Part shown: positions 1-10,018 of the stretch, piece by piece
Position numbering within the stretch: the stretch's first letter is position 1
How the letters are laid out: each line of letters opens with the position of its first letter
Source: an uncultured Candidatus Saccharibacteria bacterium
Lineage (GTDB): Bacteria > Patescibacteriota > Minisyncoccia > HO2-45-28
Assembly: GCA_964412115.1 (NCBI GenBank)
Contig: CAYPMM010000001.1
Span: 764-64,763, forward strand
Reading direction: 5' to 3'
DNA: 64,000 nt
Program-made: the position numbers and the translations under genes
The notes under the pieces: generated by a model
The model's input: only the letters and a program-made list of their open reading frames with translations
Databases searched by the model: none
Told to the model about the DNA's origin: nothing

Positions 1-95
1 ATTGTTGAATTTAGATATCCAAAACTATCGGAGCAGGGCCTAATCGTCCTGAATAAGCGCGTCGGGTCTATGTTTAATCAGTTAAAATCAAACCG

Positions 96-1610
96 ATGAA
101 GGCCTGCTTTCTGCTTCAGCGCAGATTCGCCTACGTCGGACACGCCATGGCCGTGGTCTTGCAAAACAGATACGGCGTTAAAGATTTTTGCGGATACGTG
201 TATTTGAGGGACAGTCTTAAATTTTTAAAGACGCAAAAAGAAATAAATTATTCGGAACTTCTTTTAGACGAGGACGCGCATAATCAGTATAAAAACGAGC
301 CGCTTGATATAAATTATATAAACTGGCTTGAAAAAGAATACGGCATTCCGAACCTCTGGCCTTATGTTGAAGTTGACCGCATAGTCAGACACGGCCAGTT
401 TTTAAGAGAGTACCCTTATGACCGTCCACGTTATTCCCACAACGACATGATGCGAATCCTGCAGGTCAAAGCCAAATCCATTATTAAGTTTCTTGAAAGA
501 CAGCGTCCGGATTTTATTTTGTTTTCAGTTATTGGCGACATCTCAACTCTCCTCATGTACCACATCGCCCGGAAGATGGGCATAAAAACATTATTTATTC
601 AAACCGCGCGCGTAGAAACAAGGTATTCGCTTACCGAAAACTATTGGGGGTTAAGCTACATTCAAGGCGCGTTTGCCTATTTGCAAAAAAACCCCGGGCC
701 TGAAACCGAGGAAACAAAAAGGGCCGAATTGTTTCTGGAGAATTTCAGAGCAAAGCCGCGTTCTCATGCCCCGACCGATTCGCCGAAACAAAGGCCGATC
801 GGCAGAAAAAAACAATTTAAGTTCCTGCTGCCCAAAAACATCATTCATTCGCTCGGCTGGAATTTCAAAATAATTTACGACTATATAAGAAACCGGCATA
901 AAGACGACTTTAACGCGGTAAAACCGTGGCATTATTTTATTGACCGGGTCAAAAGAAAATTAAGGGTTCTAAGAGGCTTTTACGACCTGTATGACGCTCC
1001 GAACTTAGAGGAAGAATTTGCTTTTTTCCCGATGCATCTTGAGCCCGAAATATCCATTTCTCTTTTTGCTCCTTTCTACACCGACCAGCTTTGGCTCATC
1101 AAACAAATAGCCCGTTCGCTGCCGATTGCGCACAAACTGTATGTTAAAGAGCATCCGGCCATGTTCGGATATAGAACGCGCGGTTTTTACAAAGAACTTA
1201 AGAAAATACCGAATGTTAAACTGATTAACCCGGCGCTGGAAAGTTTTCCAATAACAAACGGCGCCAAGCTCATAATCACCATAAACGGCACCGCCGGCTG
1301 GGAGGGAGTTTTACTTAAAAAACCGGTCATAACTTTCGGCAATGTGTTTTATAACGTTCTGCCAATGGTCAAAAAGTGTACGGCCATTGAAGACCTGCCG
1401 CGTATCGTCAGAGAACAGCTGGAAAATTTCAGCCACGACGAACCGGCGCTTATAAACTTGATAGCATCCATTTACAAAGAAAGCGCCGACTTAAATCTGG
1501 TCCAAATCTGGGATGTTGAGGGCGGAGCGGAAATGGAAAAGAAAAAAGAAGTGGTAACCAGATTCGTTGATTTTTTGGCGCAAAAACTCGGGCTTAGTTT
1601 GGCGCGTTAA
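96..1610 (+). CDS. Capsule-polysaccharide biosynthesis protein (KpsS/KpsC-like GT-B fold)
   Basis: 504-aa ORF; C-terminal FFPMHLEPE, VKEHP and TINGTAGWEG motifs typical of capsule-synthesis family proteins; glycan-locus context. Confidence 0.7.
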   Translation: MKACFLLQRRFAYVGHAMAVVLQNRYGVKDFCGYVYLRDSLKFLKTQKEINYSELLLDEDAHNQYKNEPLDINYINWLEKEYGIPNLWPYVEVDRIVRHGQFLREYPYDRPRYSHNDMMRILQVKAKSIIKFLERQRPDFILFSVIGDISTLLMYHIARKMGIKTLFIQTARVETRYSLTENYWGLSYIQGAFAYLQKNPGPETEETKRAELFLENFRAKPRSHAPTDSPKQRPIGRKKQFKFLLPKNIIHSLGWNFKIIYDYIRNRHKDDFNAVKPWHYFIDRVKRKLRVLRGFYDLYDAPNLEEEFAFFPMHLEPEISISLFAPFYTDQLWLIKQIARSLPIAHKLYVKEHPAMFGYRTRGFYKELKKIPNVKLINPALESFPITNGAKLIITINGTAGWEGVLLKKPVITFGNVFYNVLPMVKKCTAIEDLPRIVREQLENFSHDEPALINLIASIYKESADLNLVQIWDVEGGAEMEKKKEVVTRFVDFLAQKLGLSLAR

Positions 1611-1629
1611 TATTTTTTTTTAAAATAAT

Positions 1630-2478
1630 ATGGCCATTAAACTTCCACAGGGGGCAATTTTTACGGCGATGCGCGAAAAACTTAAAAAACGCGTTAAGAG
1701 TCCGGCTCTAAGGGGGGGCGCAAAAAAGCTGGCCGGATTTGCGGCCCAAATTTTAGGCCGGGTAAAAAAAATGCAGTTTCCTGAAAAGTACGGATGGGAC
1801 TGGCGGTTTGAAATGCTTTTGGAAAAGTACGAACCCGAAACCACAGCACTGGTTAAAAAAATAGTAAAACCCGACATGGTTATAATGGATGTCGGAGCGC
1901 ATATAGGATATTACGCCAGAATTTTCTCAAGGCTCACTGGCAAAAGGGGCCAGGTGTACGCCTTTGAGCCGGACGCCGAAAATTTTAAACTGCTTGAAAA
2001 AAATACGGCCCGGATCGGAAATATTGCAATAACGGAAACGGCTCTCGGCGAAAAAGAGGGCCGGATGAGCCTTTATAGGTCCGCCAATACCGGGTGCCAC
2101 AGCTTAATTCAAAAAGATTTTCACACCGAATCAAACTTGGTTGGCGTTGAAACTCTGGATAATTTTAGGCGAAAAAATCATATTGATAAAATAGATTTAA
2201 TGAAAATAGACGTTGAGGGGGGCGAGCCGATGGTCCTGTCCGCGGGACATGAAACTCTGAAGGTCACCTCAATGATAATTATGGAGTTTACGCCCGAAAA
2301 CTTTTTAAAAAACAGCATTAGTCCGGCTTCTTTTTTTCAAAAACTTGAGGACTCTTACGGCTTTTCGGCATACGCCATAAAAAATGGCGGCGATATTGAA
2401 AAAACGGCAATTAACGACGGCGCGTTAAAAAATCTTACGGCTGGCAAAGAATCCATAAATATTTTTTTGAAGAAATGA
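1630..2478 (+). CDS. FkbM-family SAM methyltransferase
   Basis: DVGAHIGYY, AFEP and KIDVEGGE motifs. Confidence 0.9.
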   Translation: MAIKLPQGAIFTAMREKLKKRVKSPALRGGAKKLAGFAAQILGRVKKMQFPEKYGWDWRFEMLLEKYEPETTALVKKIVKPDMVIMDVGAHIGYYARIFSRLTGKRGQVYAFEPDAENFKLLEKNTARIGNIAITETALGEKEGRMSLYRSANTGCHSLIQKDFHTESNLVGVETLDNFRRKNHIDKIDLMKIDVEGGEPMVLSAGHETLKVTSMIIMEFTPENFLKNSISPASFFQKLEDSYGFSAYAIKNGGDIEKTAINDGALKNLTAGKESINIFLKK

Positions 2479-3677
2479 AAGTTCTGTTTATAACCTCATA
2501 CGGTTTCAACGAGCGCATGAGAAATTTTGCCGAATACATAGCCGCGCGCGTTCTGGCCGAGCGAGGAAACGCGGTTTTCGCCGTAGCGCGCCCGGAAAAG
2601 GGTGAACCGTATTTTGAAGTCAAAGACGGCATAAAAATATACAAACCCGCTGGAGTTTTAAAAATAATTTGGCTGACGGCCAGGCTTATTTTTTATGAGC
2701 GCCCGGACAGAGTCCACATTTTCAACACCAGAAATAACCGCGCCGGAATCATTGCCGCCCTTCTTTGCTATTGGTCCGGCAGGCCGTTTATTTTTACCGA
2801 GTACGGGCTCCTGCATGATTATTATCTGGTGACGGACAGAGACGACCCGTATCCATATGAGGAAAAAATAAAATTTGACCGCCCGATTCTCGGCTTCAAA
2901 AAAGTTTTTCGGGACCTTAAATTAAAACAAAATATTAAAAATTATCTTTACCACTTTCCGCTATCCAAGGCCCGGGAAGTTGTTTTTGTTTCCAAACACA
3001 ATCTGTGGATTGCCGGAAAAATGGGCATTACCAACACAAAATATCTGCCGTACATCTATGATGACAAACGCTGGTCCTCCGAAAATGCAAACGCAGACTT
3101 AAACCTCGCGCGAAGGGCTGCGGAGAAAAAAAATAAAGGCCGAAGACTCATTTTATTTGTCGGGCAAATAAAATTAAGAAAGGGCTGGGATGTTGCGCTG
3201 GAAGCGATGGCCGAGATTAAAACCGATCTTAACGCCGAGCTTTTGTTTATCACCTCAAGTTCGCCCGGCGAAACCGAGATTGTTTTTAAACTAATTGACC
3301 GGCTGGGCATTAAAGATCGGGTAACTTTCTATGAACGGGTGGACGGAGAAACTCTTAAACGGCTTTATGAAATATCCGATGTGGTTATAGTGCCCTCGCG
3401 CTATGAAGGATTTGGCCTGGCGGTCCTTGAGGCCTGGGAAATGCGCAAACCTGTGGTGGCTTCAGACGTTATAGCCATAAATGAACATGTTTTAAACGGC
3501 GTAAACGGAATGCTTGTTCCGCCCAAAAATCCTCCGGCATTGGCCAAAGCGATTGAAGACGTTCTTAGCGACGGCATTTTGAGAGACAAAATTACCGCCG
3601 GAGGCGCCGCGTCTCTTGATTTATTGAAATCGCCTTCCGCGCGCGACCAGTGGCTTGAACTTTACTTGCGTAAATAA
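2475..3677 (+). CDS. Glycosyltransferase family 4
   Basis: FVGQIKLRKG and PSRYEGFGLAVLEA (ExF..E) motifs; ATGA overlap with the upstream gene. Confidence 0.9.
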   Translation: MKVLFITSYGFNERMRNFAEYIAARVLAERGNAVFAVARPEKGEPYFEVKDGIKIYKPAGVLKIIWLTARLIFYERPDRVHIFNTRNNRAGIIAALLCYWSGRPFIFTEYGLLHDYYLVTDRDDPYPYEEKIKFDRPILGFKKVFRDLKLKQNIKNYLYHFPLSKAREVVFVSKHNLWIAGKMGITNTKYLPYIYDDKRWSSENANADLNLARRAAEKKNKGRRLILFVGQIKLRKGWDVALEAMAEIKTDLNAELLFITSSSPGETEIVFKLIDRLGIKDRVTFYERVDGETLKRLYEISDVVIVPSRYEGFGLAVLEAWEMRKPVVASDVIAINEHVLNGVNGMLVPPKNPPALAKAIEDVLSDGILRDKITAGGAASLDLLKSPSARDQWLELYLRK

Positions 3678-3699
3678 AATTAGAATATAATATTGTTAT

Positions 3700-4962
3700 A
3701 TGAAATCAAAAAAACAAACCGGCCCGGTCAAAAAGTGCCAGATATGTTCTTATAAAAATCTGCCGAGTGTTTTAGCGCTTGGACATCAGCCTATAGTGCA
3801 GGCGTATCTTACAAAAAACCAGCTACGAGAGCCCGAAATTACCTATCCCTTAAATCTGTGCCGATGTCCGAAATGCGGTCTTTTGCAGATTGACTATATT
3901 ATCAGTCCGGAGATCGTATTCCCAAAAAATTATCCTTACCGCACCGGACTTACGGGCATGCTTGTTCGAAACTTTCGCGAGCTTGCCGCCGAGCTTGAGA
4001 AAAAACACTTCTTTAAAAAAAGTGATTTGGTCGTTGATATAGGGTCCAACGACGGAACTTTGCTTCAGGGTTTTAAAGATAGGGGCGCTAAAGTTCTTGG
4101 CGTTGAGCCGACTGACGCCGCGCGTGTTGCCGATAAAAACGGAATTGAAACTCTTCAGGAGTTTTTCACCGAAAAAACGGCGGAAAAAATATTGAAAAAA
4201 TACGGCAGGGCAAAAATTATAACCGCCGCGAATGTTTTTGCCCATATTCCCAACCCGCTTGAACTCACAAAAAACATAAAAAGAGTTTTAAGGCCGGATG
4301 GCGTTTTTGTTTCGGAGTCGCAATATTTGATGGATATTGTGGAGAAATTGGAGTTTGACACGATTTATCACGAACATCTGCGATTTTATTCCATGAAACC
4401 CCTGGCAAAACTTTTTTCTTCAGCCAAAATGAGTTTGACCGACGCCGAAAGAATAACCGCCGCCGGCGGGTCAATCAGGGTTTATGCCAGGCCCGGCCGC
4501 CATCCGATGAGCGAGCGCGCAAAAAAACTTATCGCGGCCGAAGAAAAAGCCGGTATTTATAACTCTTCGGCTTTAAATAAATTCGCCGAAAAAGTGATTG
4601 GCGCGAAAAACGACTTGGTATCTCTTCTTTTAAAATTGAAAAAGGAGGGCGCTGGCATTGCCGGTATCGGCAGTCCGGCAAGAGCCAACACGCTTTTGGG
4701 ATTTACAAAAATAAACCGGCATATTCTGGATTATGCCTGCGAAAAAAGCGGCTCGCCTAAAATAGGCCTTTTTACGCCCGGCACCCACATACCGGTCGTA
4801 GATGAAAAAGTATTATTTAAAAAACAGCCCGATTACGCTCTTGTGCTTTCTTGGCACATAGGCCCGGAGCTGATGAAGATATTCCGCAAAAACGGATATA
4901 AAGGAAAATTTATTATGCCCCTGCCGAAGCCGAAAATCTATTCCTTGGTCCCGATAAAATAA
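3700..4962 (+). CDS. NDP-hexose C-methyltransferase (Zn-binding N-terminus, TylCIII/NovU-like)
   Basis: CQIC...CPKC zinc site, DIGSNDG SAM motif, DTIYHEH, GGS, and C-terminal PGTHIPV / LSWH / PLP motifs. Confidence 0.85.
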   Translation: MKSKKQTGPVKKCQICSYKNLPSVLALGHQPIVQAYLTKNQLREPEITYPLNLCRCPKCGLLQIDYIISPEIVFPKNYPYRTGLTGMLVRNFRELAAELEKKHFFKKSDLVVDIGSNDGTLLQGFKDRGAKVLGVEPTDAARVADKNGIETLQEFFTEKTAEKILKKYGRAKIITAANVFAHIPNPLELTKNIKRVLRPDGVFVSESQYLMDIVEKLEFDTIYHEHLRFYSMKPLAKLFSSAKMSLTDAERITAAGGSIRVYARPGRHPMSERAKKLIAAEEKAGIYNSSALNKFAEKVIGAKNDLVSLLLKLKKEGAGIAGIGSPARANTLLGFTKINRHILDYACEKSGSPKIGLFTPGTHIPVVDEKVLFKKQPDYALVLSWHIGPELMKIFRKNGYKGKFIMPLPKPKIYSLVPIK

Positions 4963-5732
4963 TAAGCATGGGCTATGTTTGAAGCAGTTTTATAACGCTT
5001 AAAAATAAAATCCAGCCAGTTTAGCGGTATAAACAAAACTATAAAAATCAGCCAAAAAATCTGATGCAAAAAAACGGAATTGAACGAAAAGAACATCGCC
5101 AGCCATTCGCGTAAAATATAGGTCATGGCGTTGGTCGGACCGACGGCGATACCCAGTTCTTTTTCGTGAAAATCTTTCAAAAGTTCCCTTAACCCTTCCG
5201 TGGTCCATCTGTAATAATCGCCGGGCGAAGAGTGATAGCCGATAATAAAGGGGGTTGAAATATAAATCATTCCGCCCGGCTTCAGCACCCTAAACATTTC
5301 AGCAACCGCGGTTTCGGGATCTTTTAAATGCTCAAGCATAAATTCAGCGACAACAGCATCGGCGGAGTTGTCGTAAAAAGGAAGATTGTGGACATCGGCG
5401 ACCACATCCACGCCTTCAAGCGGCAAGATATCAACATTAACCGCGTCTTCCCGTACGGTATGCACGCCCGAACCAAGATTTATGATAAAAGCGTCTTTGG
5501 ATAAATTCGCGACGGTTTTCTGGGCCGACTTTCCGACAAATGTCCCAAGGGTGTAATAAAGAAAAAGAAAAAACTTGGGATATTTTTTTAAAAAAAGTTT
5601 TAGTTTAAAAATAAGGTCATCCGGTCTTTCGGCGTTTTTTACCGCGGCATCGGAGTCTACGAAGAAAAATTTTCCGTCCACAAATCTATGTTCTGTATTA
5701 AAATATTTAACAAAATCTTTTTTCGGGCTCAT
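4938..5732 (-). CDS. Class I SAM-dependent methyltransferase
   Basis: INLGSG, LPFYDNSADAV, LEH and RVLKPGG motifs. Confidence 0.85.
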   Translation of the reverse strand: MSPKKDFVKYFNTEHRFVDGKFFFVDSDAAVKNAERPDDLIFKLKLFLKKYPKFFLFLYYTLGTFVGKSAQKTVANLSKDAFIINLGSGVHTVREDAVNVDILPLEGVDVVADVHNLPFYDNSADAVVAEFMLEHLKDPETAVAEMFRVLKPGGMIYISTPFIIGYHSSPGDYYRWTTEGLRELLKDFHEKELGIAVGPTNAMTYILREWLAMFFSFNSVFLHQIFWLIFIVLFIPLNWLDFIFKRYKTASNIAHAYYFIGTKE

Positions 5733-5762
5733 TGATAATAAACTAACACAAATTCGCCAAAG

Positions 5763-5790
5763 AAAAAACCCTCTTTTTAAGAGGGTTTTT
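5763..5790. terminator. Bidirectional hairpin with A/T tails at the end of the transaldolase gene
   Basis: aaaaaaccctctt-tt-aagagggtttttt inverted repeat. Confidence 0.6.
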
Positions 5791-6520
5791 TGAGCCAGTT
5801 TTCAAAGTTGGCCAAAAACTCTTTAATAACTTCATTTGTTTTAAAGAGCGAAACCATCTCCGGAAAAAGTTTGGGCTGTACGGTAACGATATGAGCGCCC
5901 GAAAGTCCGGCCATTTTCACGTCATTAGCCGAACGTATGCTTCCGGCGATTATTTCAACATCGGGATAAGATGCGTCTAAAAGCGAGCGCGTCGCGTAAA
6001 CGACTTCCCATGGGTCAAAATCTTTTTGGGTAAATGACTTTTTTTCAATGCCGTCTTTCAACTCCTTTTCAAACTTTCCGCCAAAGCCCCCGTCTCGGAT
6101 CCGGCCTACAAACAAACTGACATATCGCGCCCCAGCCGCGGCTCCCATAATCGCCTGATTAACGGTCATGCAACAAGTGCAATTTACCGAAAAGCCCTTT
6201 TTCTTTAACATTTTAATTGCTTTTAGTTCGTCCCGGCCAATTTGAACCTTAATGCTCAATTGGTCATATCCAAATGTCTTCCTGAAATGTTCCGCCTGTT
6301 TAACAATTTCGTCCGGGTCGGTTGAAAATACTTCAACGCTAAGATGAATTCCGTTTTGATGTTTTTCAATTAGCTTGATTATCTTTTTAATGTGCTCTTC
6401 AAAGGCGGATTTGGGCTCTTTGGCCAAAAGCGACGGATTGGTGGTAATTCCCCGCGCAAAACCGCGCTTAAGAGTTTCTTCAATGTCTTCCAGATTGGCG
6501 GTGTCAACGAAAAGCTTCAT
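5777..6520 (-). CDS. tal: Transaldolase / fructose-6-phosphate aldolase family protein
   Basis: MKLFVDTA, GITTNPSL, Schiff-base Lys (SIK), N.T, YVSLFVGRI and GSIR motifs; start moved to the ATG at 6520, which has an AGGAGG RBS. Confidence 0.85.
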   Translation of the reverse strand: MKLFVDTANLEDIEETLKRGFARGITTNPSLLAKEPKSAFEEHIKKIIKLIEKHQNGIHLSVEVFSTDPDEIVKQAEHFRKTFGYDQLSIKVQIGRDELKAIKMLKKKGFSVNCTCCMTVNQAIMGAAAGARYVSLFVGRIRDGGFGGKFEKELKDGIEKKSFTQKDFDPWEVVYATRSLLDASYPDVEIIAGSIRSANDVKMAGLSGAHIVTVQPKLFPEMVSLFKTNEVIKEFLANFENWLKKPS

Positions 6521-6524
6521 GGTC

Positions 6525-7067
6525 TTAGCCCTCCTCTTTTTCAAGGCGCGAGACAAGTTCAGCCGCTTCCAGCAAATCTCCGACACAAAAATCGCTTTTG
6601 ACACCGGTATTATAAAAAGCCCGAACAAGAATCGTCCGGCAACCGGCTGATCTTGCGGCGGCCATATCGTTTTCGGTATCCCCGACCATGAAAGAACGGC
6701 TTAAATCAATATGCCATCTTTTTTGCGCGTTAAATAGCATTCCGGGCTTTGGTTTTTTACAGCCGCAATCTTCATCCCGGCCATGCCGGCAGATAAAAAC
6801 ATCATCAAACCCGAGCCTTTCAATTTCATCCTGAATTCTCATCCATTCTGCTTCCGACAGATGGCCGTATTTAACGTCAGGCTGATTGGTGACCATAATT
6901 CTCATAAAACCGGCAAGCTTTAAAATGCATAGCGCGTCTCCCGCACCGTCAAAAATACGCAGCTCTTCAAAAGAAAACGGTGCTGTTGGCAGATTAAAAC
7001 CCGGTCTTTGCACCGGATGATTTACCACGCCGTCGCGGTCTATAAATACCGCCTTTCGGCTATTCAT
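6525..7067 (-). CDS. gmhB: D,D-heptose 1,7-bisphosphate phosphatase (HAD IIIA)
   Basis: FIDRDGV, VTNQP, CRH...CGCKKPKPGM and MVGD motifs. Confidence 0.85.
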   Translation of the reverse strand: MNSRKAVFIDRDGVVNHPVQRPGFNLPTAPFSFEELRIFDGAGDALCILKLAGFMRIMVTNQPDVKYGHLSEAEWMRIQDEIERLGFDDVFICRHGRDEDCGCKKPKPGMLFNAQKRWHIDLSRSFMVGDTENDMAAARSAGCRTILVRAFYNTGVKSDFCVGDLLEAAELVSRLEKEEG

Positions 7068-7723
7068 CTTCCGGCTCCGGTGCTATATGCCGCCTGAATC
7101 AATTCTTTCAGCCGAAAAGCTATAAGATGATGCAAAACAACATGAAACGATTCAACCAAAGCCGTTGAATCCGCCGGCACCACGACGCAGACATTGACCA
7201 AATCTTTCATCGGTCCGCCGTCAAATCCGGATAAACCGAGAGTAAGACCGCTGCGGTCTTTGATATACTGCAAACCTTTAAGCAGATTTTGCGACCATTT
7301 TCCGCCCTTATCGGCTCCGCTTCCGCCGTGAACGCTTATGCCGATTCCGATTCCGCCTTGAACGTAGTGGGTATCAAGCCAAGCCGTAAAAAGGTCTTCT
7401 TTAGGACGGTCATTTACAATAGCGCTAACAAGCGGAATATTATCCCAGGGCGTCAGGGCCTTAAGGCCTCGCCAGCCGGGCATATCGGCAATCGTTTTTG
7501 ACAGGTCGGCGGCAAAGTGAGTGGCGGTTGAAGCCGACCCGCCGTTGCCCATAATATAAATCGGCAAATCTTTTTCCCACGCGCCGAACAAAATACGGAT
7601 CATTTCGGCAATCTCGCCTTTTTGGGCAACCAGCTTTTCGGCAACATGTTTAACTTCTTGTAAATGCGATAAAACAAGCGATCTGTCTACGGCATCAAAA
7701 TCAAAAACCCGTTCCTGCGCCAT
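7064..7723 (-). CDS. gmhA: Sedoheptulose-7-phosphate isomerase (SIS domain)
   Basis: GNGGSASTATHFAADL, ND, SGFDGG and ESFH motifs. Confidence 0.8.
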   Translation of the reverse strand: MAQERVFDFDAVDRSLVLSHLQEVKHVAEKLVAQKGEIAEMIRILFGAWEKDLPIYIMGNGGSASTATHFAADLSKTIADMPGWRGLKALTPWDNIPLVSAIVNDRPKEDLFTAWLDTHYVQGGIGIGISVHGGSGADKGGKWSQNLLKGLQYIKDRSGLTLGLSGFDGGPMKDLVNVCVVVPADSTALVESFHVVLHHLIAFRLKELIQAAYSTGAGR

Positions 7724-7831
7724 TTAAACACCTCTTTGATGTCAAGCCTATTCTGCCATTGAGTCTATCACGCCTTAAGCCGAAAAAAACTTGTAGAAAA
7801 ATTAAATTCGTGTCGTTATTAAATAAAAATA

Positions 7832-7852
7832 CCCCGCAACCGCGGGGTTTTT
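7832..7852. terminator. Intrinsic terminator-like hairpin
   Basis: ccccgc-aacc-gcgggg flanked by A/T runs, downstream of hddA. Confidence 0.55.
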
Positions 7853-7855
7853 ATT

Positions 7856-8842
7856 TTATAGAGTAATAATGTCGGTTCTGGCGCCAAGCGCATCCAAATT
7901 AAAACTCATTTCGCGCATATTGAATTTTTGCAAGGCATCGCGAACCGACCGCTTAACATGGTCAGACGGGCAATAAAACATAAAATATCCTCCGCCTCCT
8001 GCGCCCATAATCTTTCCGCCGAGAGCCCCGGCCTTACGCGCCGTTTCATAAATTTCGTCCAGCCAGTCGTTGGTCATGCCTTGAGCCATCTGTCTTTTCA
8101 AAATCCAGTGCTGGTGCATTAAATCTCCGAAGCAATCAAGGTTTGAACGCGTAAAGGCGCTCAAAATCGCTCGGCCTATTTCCTTGGTTTGATGCTTCAG
8201 CCGTAAAACTTTTTCTTCGTTTTGGCTGGATAAAATAGGTTCGCTGTCCCGACGAATGCCGGTATAGAAAAACAGAGTATTTTCAAAAAAAGCATTGACC
8301 GTTTCCGGAACAATTATCGGCTTAATCACTTCTACCGACCCGTCCGTATCAATTTCCAAAACAACAAATCCGCCCAGAGCGCAGACATACGGGTCCTGCT
8401 TGCCGTCGGGCAAACCCAGATTTTGCGTCAGAATAAACGACCGCCTTGCCGCCTCTAAATTGCTCATGGTTTGGCCTTGATAAGCCGTAAGCCCCTTCAG
8501 GAGGGCCACGGAGCAGGCTCCGGATGAACCAAGGCCGGTTCCGGCAGGCGAATCGGCGCTAAAAGATATTAAAACACGGCCGTTGACACCGGTCATTTTA
8601 AGCGCTTCTCGCCCAATGGTGTGTTTTATTTTACGCGGCGAGGACTCCGATTCATAACGCGTATAGTGCATGTGGATATAGTCGTCGGATGCCGGACGCT
8701 TAAAAAAAACATCCATATATATGTCAATAGAGGCGGCAAATATGAATCCGCCGTATTTTTGGTAATAAGACGGCATATCCGTAGAACCGCCGCCGAGAGG
8801 CAGACGAAAAGGGACCCGGCTGAAAACGACGGGCGAGGCCAT
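7856..8842 (-). CDS. hddA: D-glycero-alpha-D-manno-heptose 7-phosphate kinase (GHMP family)
   Basis: PFRLPLGGGSTD, PAGTGLGSSGA, GKQD and GGKIMGAGGGG motifs. Confidence 0.85.
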   Translation of the reverse strand: MASPVVFSRVPFRLPLGGGSTDMPSYYQKYGGFIFAASIDIYMDVFFKRPASDDYIHMHYTRYESESSPRKIKHTIGREALKMTGVNGRVLISFSADSPAGTGLGSSGACSVALLKGLTAYQGQTMSNLEAARRSFILTQNLGLPDGKQDPYVCALGGFVVLEIDTDGSVEVIKPIIVPETVNAFFENTLFFYTGIRRDSEPILSSQNEEKVLRLKHQTKEIGRAILSAFTRSNLDCFGDLMHQHWILKRQMAQGMTNDWLDEIYETARKAGALGGKIMGAGGGGYFMFYCPSDHVKRSVRDALQKFNMREMSFNLDALGARTDIITL

Positions 8843-8896
8843 TTTATTCTCCCTAATTTTTAGAAGTTTATTTAAGAACTCTAAAAATACTCTAGT

Positions 8897-10018
8897 TTAT
8901 TTTTCCGGCGGCGTCCAGCCGTTCTGCACTTCTTTTAAAATATTTTTGGCCGCCGAAACGCAGGTTATAATTTTACCGCTCAAAACCGAAAAACACCCCC
9001 GGCCGTGGCTGACAACGTCGGTCGGACGGATATCGGCGGATTTGGCCGAAAGGTCAACCGGCAATATGACGAACATTGACTCAACATATTCGGCGCCGCG
9101 TATCGCCGGAATCCACTTTGCGCATCTGGCCCGCATTTCCGGCCAGCGAGATTTTAACATTCCCAGTTTTTTTTCCAATGATGTGGCGCTGTTTTTTTGC
9201 GAATGGATTTCATGCACCGACAAAGGAACGTCGCCGAAAGTAAAAATATTTTTTCGGGCCGTCGGAATTAAAGTCGTAAACGGCCCGTCGACGACGGTTA
9301 TGGCGTATTTTTGTTTAACATTCAATTTCACCGCGATTATTTCTTTCAACCGAAACTCCAGTTTCTTTTTGGGAAAACCCAGCCAGCCGCAAAATTCATT
9401 GTAGTTGGCGTATGTCGCGTTAATAACGCAATCAAAAGCGTATTCTTTTCTTTTCCCTCCGGATTCAACGGTCAGAACTTTTTGACCGTCTTTGGAAAAT
9501 CGCGCGCCGAGAACTTTATGGTTGGGTTTAAAATTAATCTTGCCGTTATTATTCAGCCTGTTTTTTATAAGGCGTTTTAATTTTTCGTAGTCATAAACCG
9601 CCTCTTTTGTTCGGACGCACGCGTCAACCGAATCGGGGTTTAAAAATTCGGCGGGCGGATACTCCTTTTTGTGCCAGATATTATTTTTTTTGCAGTTGAA
9701 CAAAAAATCTTTCGCTGAAATTTTGGAATCCGCTTTAGCCACGCCGTAGAAACTGGGAAAATCATAAACGATCGCGTTTTTATAAAAAGACGTAAAATCG
9801 CTTGTCGCGGCTTTTATTTCCTTTATCATTTCGGAGCTTCTGGGATAATGAAAACCGGCATGATGCCTATACTGATTTTTTCTGGAAGCTTCGGAAAGTA
9901 TGCCGGAGTGTCTCTCAAATAAAGTAACCGGGTACTTCTTTCCCAAAATAAGGGCGCAGGTCGTCCCGAAAATTCCCCCGCCGATAATAGCGATACGCGG
10001 CTTTTTAATTTCCTTCAT
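8897..10018 (-). CDS. FAD-dependent oxidoreductase
   Basis: IAIIGGGIFG Rossmann motif; ASRKNQYRHHAGFHYPRS motif seen in glycan-locus oxidoreductases. Confidence 0.8.
   Translation of the reverse strand: MKEIKKPRIAIIGGGIFGTTCALILGKKYPVTLFERHSGILSEASRKNQYRHHAGFHYPRSSEMIKEIKAATSDFTSFYKNAIVYDFPSFYGVAKADSKISAKDFLFNCKKNNIWHKKEYPPAEFLNPDSVDACVRTKEAVYDYEKLKRLIKNRLNNNGKINFKPNHKVLGARFSKDGQKVLTVESGGKRKEYAFDCVINATYANYNEFCGWLGFPKKKLEFRLKEIIAVKLNVKQKYAITVVDGPFTTLIPTARKNIFTFGDVPLSVHEIHSQKNSATSLEKKLGMLKSRWPEMRARCAKWIPAIRGAEYVESMFVILPVDLSAKSADIRPTDVVSHGRGCFSVLSGKIITCVSAAKNILKEVQNGWTPPEK

Noticed and set aside
1612-1621. Other A/T runs of 8-10 nt as phase-variation sites
   Set aside because: Such runs are common throughout this sequence; only the 16-nt tract stands out
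6521-6628. N-terminal extension of transaldolase (likewise folA 59634-59723 and GT4s 33378-33407 and 36765-36821)
   Set aside because: The extensions overlap upstream genes; family-typical N-termini with an RBS or ATGA coupling lie downstream
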